Shown here one piece after another: positions 1 to 10,711 of a stretch of DNA of 49,230 nt (the first letter of the stretch is position 1; the number at the start of each line of letters is the position of its first letter). This stretch comes from Acidobacteriaceae bacterium UBA1795 (GTDB taxonomy: Bacteria; Acidobacteriota; Terriglobia; Terriglobales; Acidobacteriaceae). The DNA lies in NCBI GenBank assembly GCA_002314435.1, contig DCFV01000206.1, forward strand, positions 1 through 49,230, given 5' to 3'. The position numbers and the translations under genes are program-made. The notes beneath the pieces are model-generated. The model was not told where the DNA came from and did not search any database. It saw nothing but the letters and a program-made list of their open reading frames with translations.

Positions 1-171
1 ACCTTCTGGATTGTGTGCGTCACGCCACAGGCAGATGGTCTGGACAAGGTCAATGAGGCAATCAGGGATTCCATGAAGGCCAATCCGCTGGCCAGCCCGG
101 TATTCGGGTCCATGGTGGAGTCCGGCGCTCATCGCGATGAACTGCTGCTGGGAGAAGGCACCTACAAGTGA
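1..171 (+). CDS. 3' end of a hypothetical protein, truncated by the window edge (TFWIVCVTPQADGLDKVNEAIRDSMKANPLASPVFGSMVESGAHRDELLLGEGTYK*)
   Basis: Frame +1 is open from base 1 to TGA at 169-171 with GC3-rich codons, and a terminator-like hairpin follows at 274-308. Confidence 0.65.
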   Translation, partial: TFWIVCVTPQADGLDKVNEAIRDSMKANPLASPVFGSMVESGAHRDELLLGEGTYK

Positions 172-273
172 CTTCCTGACGCCGGGTTCTTACGATCCGC
201 AGGTAACCTACCCTTCGCACTCGCAGGCATTGGAGTGCCCCACCCCGGCGTTGCAATAGTGGAAGGCACGGTC

Positions 274-308
274 AACGGGCGCAAAGAGTCCACCTTTTTG
301 CGCCCGTT
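274..308. terminator. Hairpin between convergent genes, probably a bidirectional terminator
   Basis: AACGGGCGCAAA (274-285) and TTTGCGCCCGTT (297-308) form a perfect 12-bp inverted repeat between the partial CDS and kdsA. Confidence 0.6.
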
Positions 309-384
309 CTACCTTGATTAAGATTCCGCTTCTCGAAAACAAAACTAGCGCTCCCGCGACACCGGAAACCTCACTCTCAGAGAC

Positions 385-1197
385 TTACTGTGCGGCTTGG
401 TGAATCGCCAGCAGCTTCTCTAGAAGCGGCTTCAAGACCTTCAGATCCAGCGCATTCGCCCCGTCCGACTTGGCATTCTTCGGGTCGTCGTGCACTTCCA
501 GGAACAGCCCGTCCACGCCCGCAGCCACCGCCGCCTTCGCCAGCAGCGGAATAAACTCCGGCTGCCCGCCGCTAACTCCATTCGCAGCAGATGGTTGCTG
601 CACGGAGTGCGTGCCGTCAAACACCACCGGAGCCATCCGCCGCATCACCGGCAGCGACCGGAAATCCACCACCAAGGTGTTGTAGCCAAAGCTCGCGCCG
701 CGCTCCGTCAGGAACACCCGCTCGTTGCCCGTAGATCGCACCTTTTCAACAGGATGCGTCATGTCCCACGGCGCCACAAACTGGCCCTTTTTGATATTGA
801 CCGCGCGCCCCGTCTTGCCCGCAGCCACCAGCAGATCCGTCTGCCGGCAAAGAAACGCGGGAATCTGCAACACATCCACAGCCTCAGCCGCAATCTCGCA
901 ATGTCCGGGTTCGTGCACATCCGTCAGCACAGGCAGCCCCGTATCCTTGGCCAACCGGCCCAGGATCTTGGTGCCCTCCGCCAGGCCCGGCCCACGGAAG
1001 CTCTTCACGCTGGTACGGTTGGCCTTGTCGTAGCTGGCTTTGAAAATGTAAGGGACGCCCAGGTCGCTGGTAATGCGCTGAATGGCATCAGCCATCCGCC
1101 GCACATGCGCCTCAGACTCAATCACGCAGGGACCTGCGATCAGGAATAGTTGCCCTGCACCCACGTGCACCGGGCCGATTTCAAAAGAGGAACTCAC
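385..1197 (-). CDS. kdsA: 3-deoxy-8-phosphooctulonate (KDO8P) synthase
   Basis: Motifs IAGPCVIES, FKASYDKANRTS, QIPAFLCRQTDLL, KKGQF, ERGASFGYN, DGTHSVQQP and SDGANAL; lies near pyrG as in many bacteria. Confidence 0.97.
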   Translation of the reverse strand: MSSSFEIGPVHVGAGQLFLIAGPCVIESEAHVRRMADAIQRITSDLGVPYIFKASYDKANRTSVKSFRGPGLAEGTKILGRLAKDTGLPVLTDVHEPGHCEIAAEAVDVLQIPAFLCRQTDLLVAAGKTGRAVNIKKGQFVAPWDMTHPVEKVRSTGNERVFLTERGASFGYNTLVVDFRSLPVMRRMAPVVFDGTHSVQQPSAANGVSGGQPEFIPLLAKAAVAAGVDGLFLEVHDDPKNAKSDGANALDLKVLKPLLEKLLAIHQAAQ

Positions 1198-1273
1198 GGG
1201 TGAGATTCTATCGTGCTGGAGGGGCTTGCGGCGGCGGGCCTGTCGCCGCGCCGCCGCCCTTCCCCGTTTGTTG

Positions 1274-1843
1274 CTAAACCAATACGCGATGCTCTGAGCG
1301 CAGGCGCGACCACTCCCAGAGTGCCCGCTCCAGCGCGTGCAGCGACGTAGGGCCAGGCAGGTCGCCCTGCGGCTTCACCAGTCCCTTTTCCGCCAGGCGG
1401 CGACAGAAGGCCACGTACTCGGCGTAGAACTCCACATCATGTCGCTCGTGCCCAAGTGCCTCCAACGTCCTGAAATCCAGCACGTTATAGCACTCCGGCG
1501 CAATCGCCGCCAAAATGGCCGAAGCTATCGGTAGGTCTACACCGCGCAGTTCCATCAGCGCCTCCACCGCCTTGCGGGTGGAGCAGTCCGGCGCAGCCGC
1601 CACCGTGAGCACCTGCCGGATCTTGGCCTCGCTGTTCGCGATCAGATAGTGCACCACGCGCTCGGACTTCCACCGGACGATGGCTTCCAGGTTGGCCAGC
1701 GAATACTCGCCGCCCCGAATTGCCGCCCCGGCTTCGAACGCCGCCTCTTCGAGCTCATGCTCGTGTTCGCCGGCCTTCTGCCAGCCCTGTTCCGCCAACT
1801 GCTGCAGCTCCGATTCCGAGGGTTGAAGTTCAAAATGAGCCAT
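1274..1843 (-). CDS. Hypothetical protein with HhH-GPD glycosylase-like motifs
   Basis: ATG at 1843 with a GGAGG Shine-Dalgarno. Motifs VRWKSER, LMELRGVDLPIASAIL and LDFRTLEALG resemble a helix-hairpin-helix followed by a conserved Asp. Confidence 0.7.
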   Translation of the reverse strand: MAHFELQPSESELQQLAEQGWQKAGEHEHELEEAAFEAGAAIRGGEYSLANLEAIVRWKSERVVHYLIANSEAKIRQVLTVAAAPDCSTRKAVEALMELRGVDLPIASAILAAIAPECYNVLDFRTLEALGHERHDVEFYAEYVAFCRRLAEKGLVKPQGDLPGPTSLHALERALWEWSRLRSEHRVLV

Positions 1844-1874
1844 GAGGAATTCCTCCCTTACGAAAAACTCAGTC

Positions 1875-1904
1875 ACCATAGGCCCGGAAAAATTAGGTTG
1901 TCAA
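1875..1904 (-). promoter_or_regulatory. Sigma70-type promoter TTGACA-N18-TATGGT for the HhH-like gene
   Basis: On the minus strand, TTGACA (1904-1899), an 18-nt spacer and TATGGT (1880-1875) lie about 30 nt before the ATG at 1843. Confidence 0.6.
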
Positions 1905-1944
1905 TACCAGAAGTTGCTAGCGGAATCTCCGCTCCAAAGGGTGC

Positions 1945-1978
1945 CAAACAGAAACGCGCCTCTTGGGAGAGGCGCGTT
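1945..1978 (-). terminator. Intrinsic terminator of pyrG
   Basis: Stem AACGCGCCTCT/AGAGGCGCGTT (1953-1978), followed on the minus strand by a U-rich run (TCTGTTT). Confidence 0.75.
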
Positions 1979-2027
1979 CGTTGTCTGTCTTGTACGCAAC
2001 AGCTTGCGCTGATTGCAGAGCTGTGTC

Positions 2028-3764
<1,737 letters not shown>

Positions 3765-4000
3765 CTATGAAATAGAAAAATTGCAACAGCAATGCGCTGA
3801 TTCCTGCGCGCCCCGCATAACCCAAAGAAATAAAATATCTTGCGCGGATGGGAGATGCACCGCCTGTGTCCCGCTCGCATCGAGCAGTGTGGAAAACCAG
3901 GCACACTACTCTCCTGGCCTGCCGCGACGCTGGATTCCTGCTTCTCGGCAGTTGCCGGAACCCGCTGCTGCCGCTACGATGCTGGCGTAAGGAGCGAGCC

Positions 4001-4999
4001 ATGTTCTCTACCATTCACGCTGCCAACCGCATGCTGGGCCGCACCGGCCCGCAGGTCTTCCCTATTGCTCTGGGTTGCATGGGAATGAGCGGCATGTACG
4101 GGGCCACTGAAGAGGCCGAAAGCGTTGCCACCATTCACGCTGCTATCGACGCGGGCGTCACGTTACTCGATACAGGCGACTTTTATGGCATGGGCCTCAA
4201 CGAAATGCTCATCGGCCGCGCCATCCGCCTCGTGCGCGACCAGGTGCTCATCTCGGTGAAGTTCGGCGCGCAGCGCGGCCCGGACGGCACATGGCTTGGC
4301 TACGACGCGCGTCCCGCCGCGGTGAAGACCGCTCTGGCCTACACCCTCAAGCGGCTCGGCATCGACTACATCGACATCTACCGTCCCGCGCGGCTCGATC
4401 CAAAGGTGCCCATTGAAGACACCATCGGCGCGATTGTGGACATGATCAAGGCCGGCTACGTGCGCGCCATCGGTCTAAGCGAGATGGGCCCGGAGACGAT
4501 ACGCCGCGCCGCCTCCGTGCATCCTATCGTCGATCTGCAGATCGAGTACTCGGTCATCAGCCGCGCGCCCGAGAAGAAGATCTTCCCGCTGCTCGACGAA
4601 CTTGGCATCGGCGTCACCGCCTACGGCGTGCTTTCCCGCGGACTGCTTTCATCCTCAAAGCCCGCAGCAGAGGGCGACTTCCGCGCACGGCTTCCGCGCT
4701 TCACCGGCGACAATTTCGCGCGCAATCAGCAGTTCATCGCACGGCTCAAGCAGATCGCCGACGGCAAAAGCATCACGCAGTCGCAACTCGCCATTGCATG
4801 GGTGCTGGCCAAGGGCCCCACAATCGTCCCGTTGATTGGCGCTCGCACCCGCGCGCAGCTGGCTGAGAGCCTTGCTGCGCTTGAAGTAAAGCTCTCGCCG
4901 GAGGAGATCGCATCAATCGAAGCCGCGGTGCCTCCCGAAGCCGTGGCCGGCACGCGCTACGACGAGCACCAGATGCGCATGCTCGACAGCGAGAAGTAA
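4001..4999 (+). CDS. Aldo/keto reductase
   Basis: AAGGAG Shine-Dalgarno before ATG 4001; motifs LGCMGMS, LLDTGDFYG, SVKFG, IGLSE, LQIEYS and PLIGAR. Confidence 0.93.
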   Translation: MFSTIHAANRMLGRTGPQVFPIALGCMGMSGMYGATEEAESVATIHAAIDAGVTLLDTGDFYGMGLNEMLIGRAIRLVRDQVLISVKFGAQRGPDGTWLGYDARPAAVKTALAYTLKRLGIDYIDIYRPARLDPKVPIEDTIGAIVDMIKAGYVRAIGLSEMGPETIRRAASVHPIVDLQIEYSVISRAPEKKIFPLLDELGIGVTAYGVLSRGLLSSSKPAAEGDFRARLPRFTGDNFARNQQFIARLKQIADGKSITQSQLAIAWVLAKGPTIVPLIGARTRAQLAESLAALEVKLSPEEIASIEAAVPPEAVAGTRYDEHQMRMLDSEK

Positions 5000-5014
5000 A
5001 TCCCGTGCAAACGC

Positions 5015-5053
5015 AAAAGGGCGACGGAGACTGGATCTCCGCCGCCCCTTTTT
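5015..5053. terminator. Bidirectional intrinsic terminator
   Basis: AAAAGGGCGACGGAGA-loop-TCTCCGCCGCCCCTTTTT between the convergent reductase and TonB receptor genes, with A and T tracts on the two sides. Confidence 0.75.
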
Positions 5054-5063
5054 CTTGTCTGCG

Positions 5064-7745
5064 TTAGAAGTTGAATGTCAGCTTCGCCGTCAGCGCGCGT
5101 GGCGTCACGTAGTGCGTGCCGCTGAACGTCGACAGGAAGTTGTACAGAGCATACTGGTTGGTCAGATTAACCGCCGTCAGGTCGAGATCCGTCTTGAAGT
5201 GCTCGCGGTGAAAGATGTTCTGCTGGCCCACGGAGAGATCGAAGAGGTTACGCTGCGCAATACGCGGCGGGTTCTTGTCGTCGTTCTCCGTGCCCGGCGC
5301 GGGAACCGAAACCAGCGACGAGCTATACTCCGACGGCGCGCACGAGCTAAAGCCCGAGGTACGCATGGCCTTGACGCCGTTGCAGGCAATACCTGCCTCG
5401 AACTGCTGATCGTACGTCAGCCCGCTCAGGTCCACCGGCGTAGTTGCATCCGTGGCAAAGGGCATGGCACCCGCCACCTGGCCCGAATCGTAGCGCCAGT
5501 TCCAACCGGCCCACGGGCCGCGCTTGCCGATTTGATACTGCACATGCGTCGTCTGGTTGAACTTCTCGTCGTGGTCGATGCGGAAGGGCTGCCCGCTCTG
5601 ACCCACCGTTGCGCCCGCGCCGGCCACCTGCGGCGGGAAGAACCGCGCTGCCACCGACGACATGACCGAGTAGGCGCTGAAGTGGTGCGTCTCCGGAATT
5701 TCCACGTTCAGCGCGAAGCCCGGGATCTTGGAGTTGTGCCAGTCGATGGGGAAGGTAATGGGTGTATTGCCCAGCACGCTGAAGTCGAAGGCGTTGTGCG
5801 TGTACTTCCAGATGTACTCGCCGCTGACAACCACATGCTGGCCCAAAGCCTGCTGCAGGCCAGCGTGGAACTCGTTGCGGAAGCCGGGCGCCTCCACCGT
5901 CGAAACGCCTGAGGTGCACGAGAGCAGCGGCGACAGTACCGCGTTGTTGCAGCCTTCGCTCGAAAGCACCAGGTTTTCGTTGAACGGCGTTTCCAGCGTG
6001 CGCGCGTAACTGGCGCGTAGCACCGTGCCGGTGCGCTTCACGTTGTAGGCCACGCCAACGCGCGGTTCTGTCTGCTGCGCACTGGCTAGGCCGTTATACA
6101 CATCGCCGCGCAGGCCCAGGTTAAAGTTCCAGTTGCCCGCCTTGATCTGGTCCTCAATGTACATCGAGAGTTCCTTCACATCAGCGTGGCCCAGGTAGTT
6201 GTAGTACGAGCCGCCGCGTGTGAAGTCGTAGGGCGCAAGCACGCTCAGGTAGTTAGGATTCGCCGACAATCCTGCAGATGCACAGGACGACGAGCTGTCG
6301 TAGCCCGCCACCGCATTGCCGTTCTCATCCACGCAGGGCGCGTTATAAACAGACGACACCACGCCGAGGCTGTCGCTCTCACGAAGGAAGGTCTGCTGAT
6401 AGCTCACACCGGCCTTGATGGTCTGAACGCCGCGCGAGTAGGTCACGTCCCCATGAATGCCCGTGTTGGCCAGCGAGCGATTCTGATAGATCGAAGCAGT
6501 CTGCAGATTCGACGGACCCAGGTCCGCCAGTGGGTTGCCGCTCGGGTAATAGTGGTACTGGTCCTTGCGGAAAAACGCCGCCACGTTGAGCACCGTGTAC
6601 TGGTTAACGATACGCGTGTAAGTCGGGGCGATGTTGAAGGTGCCGATCTGCGAGCGCTGGTCCGCATTGCCGACGCTGGCAAACACCGGGCTCGCGCTCG
6701 TGCCGCCGCTCACCACGTTCTGCACGTTGAGGTTGTCGTAGGAGTTCGGCGTCTGAAACCACGAGCGGCTGTAATTCAGGTTCAGGTGCAGGGAGTCAGC
6801 CGCGCTGAGCGACTGGTCAATGCGGTCGAAGAAGTTCTCTTCATTGCCCTTGTCGTGCATCACGGTGAACTCGGGCGGATCGAGGAAGCGGCCGGAGTTC
6901 AGGCCGTCTGCCTCAAAGAAGTTGCCCCAGTTCTTGCCGCCATAAGAAAGATCTACGCCCATCGTGGCAGAACCGAAGCTGCCATAGGACGTGCTCAGGC
7001 TGCCGGTGGGCGTGGTCGTGCCCTGACCGGAACGCGTGGTGGCCACGATCACGAGGCTGGTCTTGTCGCCATACTCAGCCGGAGGCGCGCCGGAGATCAC
7101 CTGGATTGACTGAATCGAATTGGCCGGAAGCTGGTTGGAGAAGACTTTGCTCTGCTGGTCGGTGATCGACTGCCCATCGACTGAAAACGAATTCGACGCG
7201 TGATCGCCCAGGCCGTGAAAGAGACCGTTCGAGTCCGCCGAAACGCCTGGGGTGGAGACGGTAACCAACGAGCTAAGCGACGACGACTGACTTTCCAGCG
7301 GCACTTTGACGAAGGCGTCGCGGTCCACATCAGTGTGGAACGTCGGGTCGTTCTCGATCATGTCACCGGCCGAGGCTTCCACCGTTACGGTGGAGTCGGC
7401 GGCCTGCACCTGCAGCACTAATTTGAGTTCCGTACCCACCACGGAGCGCACATCCACGCCCTGGCGCAGTGCAGAAAAGCCCATCGCCTGCACGCTCAAC
7501 GTGTAGTGGTTGAAGGGAATATTGGCGAACTGGAACTGGCCCAGTGTGTCCGTGGTAGTTGTTCGGTCCAGGCCGCTCACTGAGTTGGTCACATGCACGG
7601 TAGCACCGGGGATCACCGCGCCACTGGGATCGGTCACCGTGCCGTGAATAGCTCCGGCGTTGCCCTGCGCCCACGCGCCGAGCGCGCCCAGAAGCAGGGC
7701 GAAGAGGGAAAGAATGCGAAAGATGGTGCCGCGCTGCGCGGACAT
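5064..7745 (-). CDS. TonB-dependent outer-membrane receptor with an N-terminal carboxypeptidase-regulatory-like domain
   Basis: ATG 7745 with a GGAGG Shine-Dalgarno and signal peptide ending AWA/QG. Contains GTVTDPSGAVIPGATV, a plug-like region, barrel strands (EPRVGVAY, NFNLGLRGD) and a C-terminal Phe. Confidence 0.9.
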   Translation of the reverse strand: MSAQRGTIFRILSLFALLLGALGAWAQGNAGAIHGTVTDPSGAVIPGATVHVTNSVSGLDRTTTTDTLGQFQFANIPFNHYTLSVQAMGFSALRQGVDVRSVVGTELKLVLQVQAADSTVTVEASAGDMIENDPTFHTDVDRDAFVKVPLESQSSSLSSLVTVSTPGVSADSNGLFHGLGDHASNSFSVDGQSITDQQSKVFSNQLPANSIQSIQVISGAPPAEYGDKTSLVIVATTRSGQGTTTPTGSLSTSYGSFGSATMGVDLSYGGKNWGNFFEADGLNSGRFLDPPEFTVMHDKGNEENFFDRIDQSLSAADSLHLNLNYSRSWFQTPNSYDNLNVQNVVSGGTSASPVFASVGNADQRSQIGTFNIAPTYTRIVNQYTVLNVAAFFRKDQYHYYPSGNPLADLGPSNLQTASIYQNRSLANTGIHGDVTYSRGVQTIKAGVSYQQTFLRESDSLGVVSSVYNAPCVDENGNAVAGYDSSSSCASAGLSANPNYLSVLAPYDFTRGGSYYNYLGHADVKELSMYIEDQIKAGNWNFNLGLRGDVYNGLASAQQTEPRVGVAYNVKRTGTVLRASYARTLETPFNENLVLSSEGCNNAVLSPLLSCTSGVSTVEAPGFRNEFHAGLQQALGQHVVVSGEYIWKYTHNAFDFSVLGNTPITFPIDWHNSKIPGFALNVEIPETHHFSAYSVMSSVAARFFPPQVAGAGATVGQSGQPFRIDHDEKFNQTTHVQYQIGKRGPWAGWNWRYDSGQVAGAMPFATDATTPVDLSGLTYDQQFEAGIACNGVKAMRTSGFSSCAPSEYSSSLVSVPAPGTENDDKNPPRIAQRNLFDLSVGQQNIFHREHFKTDLDLTAVNLTNQYALYNFLSTFSGTHYVTPRALTAKLTFNF

Positions 7746-7879
7746 GGTTGCCTCCGGATCTAAGTCTGCATTGCAATAAAGAACGGCTTCGGCACGCGAG
7801 CCGCAGTGGGAGCGATTGCAATTGAGGCATCGAATTCGTTCTGCCGATGTCACGGGAATAAAATCCCGGAAAAGCAGAA

Positions 7880-8215
7880 CTAAAAAGTGCGGAACGACGC
7901 CCCACGGCCTGAAGGCGGAGGACGTGTGAACAGCTGCGCATGCCAGCGGCGAGGGACGGGCGCAAGTTCCGGCGCCGCAGCGGGAGCCGCAACCAGCACC
8001 ATGGCCAGCAGAGCCGCAGCGGCCACGGACGGCACTGCCGAGTGCATCACGATACACAGCTGGCAGTGATCCGCATCCGTATTGGCCGCATGGGTATGCG
8101 CCACCTGCGCCACTGAGAGCAGAGCCAGCAGCATCAGGCACACAAGCGCTGCAACCGTGAACACCCGGTTCGGTGCGTGGCTTCGATCATGAAAACGTGG
8201 CTGCAGTCTGGTCAA
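7880..8215 (-). CDS. DUF2946-like small protein (CruR/CutF-type upstream ORF)
   Basis: Hydrophobic segment, then AHTH and DHCQLCIVMH (CxxC), a second hydrophobic stretch, and C-terminal FTRPPP. It ends 134 nt upstream of the TonB receptor on the same strand. Start is uncertain (TTG 8215 or GTG 8218). Confidence 0.75.
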   Translation of the reverse strand: MTRLQPRFHDRSHAPNRVFTVAALVCLMLLALLSVAQVAHTHAANTDADHCQLCIVMHSAVPSVAAAALLAMVLVAAPAAAPELAPVPRRWHAQLFTRPPPSGRGASFRTF

Positions 8216-8312
8216 CACGGAAACTTTCCCATGTTCAGGATACACAGATTTGGATGCAACGCATCCGCTGAAGGTCTACTTTCATTTGACGAGGTAACAA
8301 AAGAAACGGACC

Positions 8313-8339
8313 AAACCACGGCCGACCGGCTTCGTCTAA
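8313..8339 (+). promoter_or_regulatory. Possible ECF-sigma promoter AAAC-N16-CGTCTAA
   Basis: AAAC at 8313-8316, 16-nt spacer, CGTCTAA at 8333-8339, just upstream of ATG 8351; it overlaps a TAAACT -10-like hexamer. Confidence 0.35.
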
Positions 8340-8350
8340 ACTGAGGAGCC

Positions 8351-9385
8351 ATGGCCGAACTTCTTTCTTTGCGGTGTGTTGTGGCGTTGGCGGTGGCACT
8401 GGCCTGCGGCTGGCCGGGCACGGCGCAGCAGGAGGATAAGAAGCCCCTGCCCCTGCAACCGTCCGTACCCGGCATGGGCACCAACCACCGGCTTATCCTG
8501 AAGGACGGCACCTACCAGGTCGTCCGCGACTATCAGCTCGTGGGCGACCGCGTACGCTACCTTTCGCAGGAGCGCGGCGACTGGGAGGAGTTGCCCGCTG
8601 ACCTGATCGACTGGGAGGCAACGCGCAAGTGGGAGCGCGACCACGCCAGCCCCCAGCCCGACGCGGCCTCGCCCGCGATGAAGGAGGCTGAAGATCTGGA
8701 CAAGGAAGAAGCCGCCGTGCGCGCCGACCAGAGAGCCCGCTCGCCCGAGGTGGCCAAGGGACTCCAACTGCCCGACCAGAACGGCGTGTTCGTGCTGGAC
8801 ACCTTTGAAGGCACCCCGGAGCTGGTGAAGCTGCTGCCGGCCGACCTGAACATGAACCAAAAGACCCACAAAGGGTTGGGCACCTTGAATCCGCTGGCAG
8901 GCGCAAAGGCGGAACTGGAACTGGACGGCGCGCACTCCAGAATCCACCTGCATGTGAACGACCCCGCCATCTATCTCTCGCTGGACTCGGCAGGCGACGG
9001 TCAGCCGATGACCGCGCATGCCTACACGGTAGACACGCAAGGCGGCAAGGTGGTGCAAAATGGCAAGCATGGCGCGCACTCCGCCGCTTCTGGCTTTGCC
9101 ATTGTGCGCGTGGACGTGCGCAAGGCCGTGCGCTTCGTAGGCGCCATTGAAGTCAGCCGCACGGGCACCGTAACGCAGAGTGAAGACGTGATTCCCACCA
9201 AGGCCGAGGTGCTAGAGGGCAAGCACTGGCTCAAGCTCACGCCCCAGCAGCCGCTCACCATCGGCGAATACGCACTGGTAGAAATCCTGTCGCCCCAGGA
9301 CATCAGCCAGACAGTGTGGGACTTCCGCGTTGACCCGCGCATGGGCGACAATCCCGGTTCGCTCGGGCCGATTCTGAAGAAGTAG
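8351..9385 (+). CDS. Hypothetical exported protein
   Basis: 344-aa ORF with a signal peptide (VVALAVALACGWPGTA/QQ), typical codon bias and a charged helical segment; no family recognised. Confidence 0.8.
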   Translation: MAELLSLRCVVALAVALACGWPGTAQQEDKKPLPLQPSVPGMGTNHRLILKDGTYQVVRDYQLVGDRVRYLSQERGDWEELPADLIDWEATRKWERDHASPQPDAASPAMKEAEDLDKEEAAVRADQRARSPEVAKGLQLPDQNGVFVLDTFEGTPELVKLLPADLNMNQKTHKGLGTLNPLAGAKAELELDGAHSRIHLHVNDPAIYLSLDSAGDGQPMTAHAYTVDTQGGKVVQNGKHGAHSAASGFAIVRVDVRKAVRFVGAIEVSRTGTVTQSEDVIPTKAEVLEGKHWLKLTPQQPLTIGEYALVEILSPQDISQTVWDFRVDPRMGDNPGSLGPILKK

Positions 9386-9404
9386 CGCCACACTCGATGT
9401 CCGC

Positions 9405-10640
9405 TCACTGCGCCGGAGCCGGCTGCGGCGCGCGTCGCACCAGAAAGTAGCCGAGCAATAACGAAGCCACGGCGGCGCTCAGGATGGCGTCGATGCCCGG
9501 CATGCCGCGAGCCGACCAGTGCGCGTAGCCGCGTCCGTCCACAAACGACATATAGGCCACGGGCAAATTGCCAAGCGAGTTGATGATCGAGTATCGGGTG
9601 CCGCCGCTTTTGCCCGAGTCACCCAGAAACTCCAGCACTACCCCGGTGAAGAGTGCGTAGCAAACGCCGATACTGAAGAGATAAAGCGCTGTGCCGGTAA
9701 CGTAGACCGCCGGCCGCAGCGGACCAAGCGCCAGAATAGCTAGCGTGGCCGCGTTGATGAGTCCGGCAATCAGATATGCGATGGGAGCGCGCACGCGCAC
9801 CGGTATGAGCGACGCGCTCAATGAGCCGGCAGCGGTCAGAAGCACTCCGGCAAGGCCGTTCAACCACGCCACATGCGCACCGCTTACGCCAAAGTCGGCA
9901 GCCAGCGCGGGCAGCAGGCCGATCATGGCTCCGCTGCACATCGGCATCACAATCAGCAGCGTGTAGGGAATCGCATCCCAGCGCAGGAACGTCACTTTGA
10001 ACTCGCGCCAGATATGAGCGGCGGTTGCGCGCAAGCTCTGCTCGCTAGGCGTCGACTGATCCGGCAGGGCCAGCGCGGCAAGCGCAGGCAGCGCAATCAT
10101 CGCCGCAACCACCCAGCCCAGTGCGCCCTGAGAGACAATTCCGGCAAGGGAGACAAGGGCAAAGACGCTGATCCCGCCCACGGCCAGCGAGCCACACTGG
10201 TAGAAGCTACTGGCCCGGCGGCGATTGACCTCGCTCTTGAGCGCTCCCATCAGGCCGCCGCAACTCGCAGCCACCAGAAGTCCCAGGCAGAAGCTGATAA
10301 AGAGCAGCCGGATGGCCCAGGCAGATGCCAGGCTCGTTCTGGAAAAGGCCAGCACCATCATCGCGGCGGAGGCAGCCGAAGCGGTCAGAACCCACGTGCG
10401 CCGCTTCATCCAGAAGTCGGCGATGGGGCACCAGAGAAAGTAGATGGTATGCGGCACGCCCAGCAGCGCAACAATCTCCGAGCCGCGCGCCGGGTCAACG
10501 CCTTGGCGGCGCAGCAGGTAAGAGAGAGCGCCGTTCACCAGCCCGATCGCAATCACCGCCGTTGGCGCGATCAGAATCGCAAAGAGCCAGGAGCGCTCCT
10601 TTGCGGCCGCGGGAGCAGGTTCCGGACCGGTGCGGTGCAT
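9405..10640 (-). CDS. MFS transporter, AmpG-like
   Basis: About 12 hydrophobic segments. The segments PHTIYFLWCPIADFWMKRRTWVL and GGTRYSIINSLGNLP resemble AmpG-family permeases. ATG 10640 lies 7 nt after a TACTCT hexamer. Confidence 0.8.
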   Translation of the reverse strand: MHRTGPEPAPAAAKERSWLFAILIAPTAVIAIGLVNGALSYLLRRQGVDPARGSEIVALLGVPHTIYFLWCPIADFWMKRRTWVLTASAASAAMMVLAFSRTSLASAWAIRLLFISFCLGLLVAASCGGLMGALKSEVNRRRASSFYQCGSLAVGGISVFALVSLAGIVSQGALGWVVAAMIALPALAALALPDQSTPSEQSLRATAAHIWREFKVTFLRWDAIPYTLLIVMPMCSGAMIGLLPALAADFGVSGAHVAWLNGLAGVLLTAAGSLSASLIPVRVRAPIAYLIAGLINAATLAILALGPLRPAVYVTGTALYLFSIGVCYALFTGVVLEFLGDSGKSGGTRYSIINSLGNLPVAYMSFVDGRGYAHWSARGMPGIDAILSAAVASLLLGYFLVRRAPQPAPAQ

Positions 10641-10711
10641 GGAGACGAGAGTAGCACGCACCGAATGCTCGAAACGTCTCCCCGCGCCTCGTTGACTGCA
10701 ACGGGGCGCGG

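Noticed and set aside
3848-4000. Upstream extensions in the ORF track for the aldo/keto reductase, and likewise for pyrG, ald, the aldehyde dehydrogenase, MFS, lipB, tricorn, MurU-like and DUF1080 genes
   Set aside because: Downstream starts with Shine-Dalgarno or -10 signals match the family N-termini better.
7746-8141. 132-aa N-terminal extension of the TonB receptor in the ORF track
   Set aside because: The real start is ATG 7745, which has a Shine-Dalgarno and signal peptide; the extension overlaps the DUF2946-like gene in another frame.
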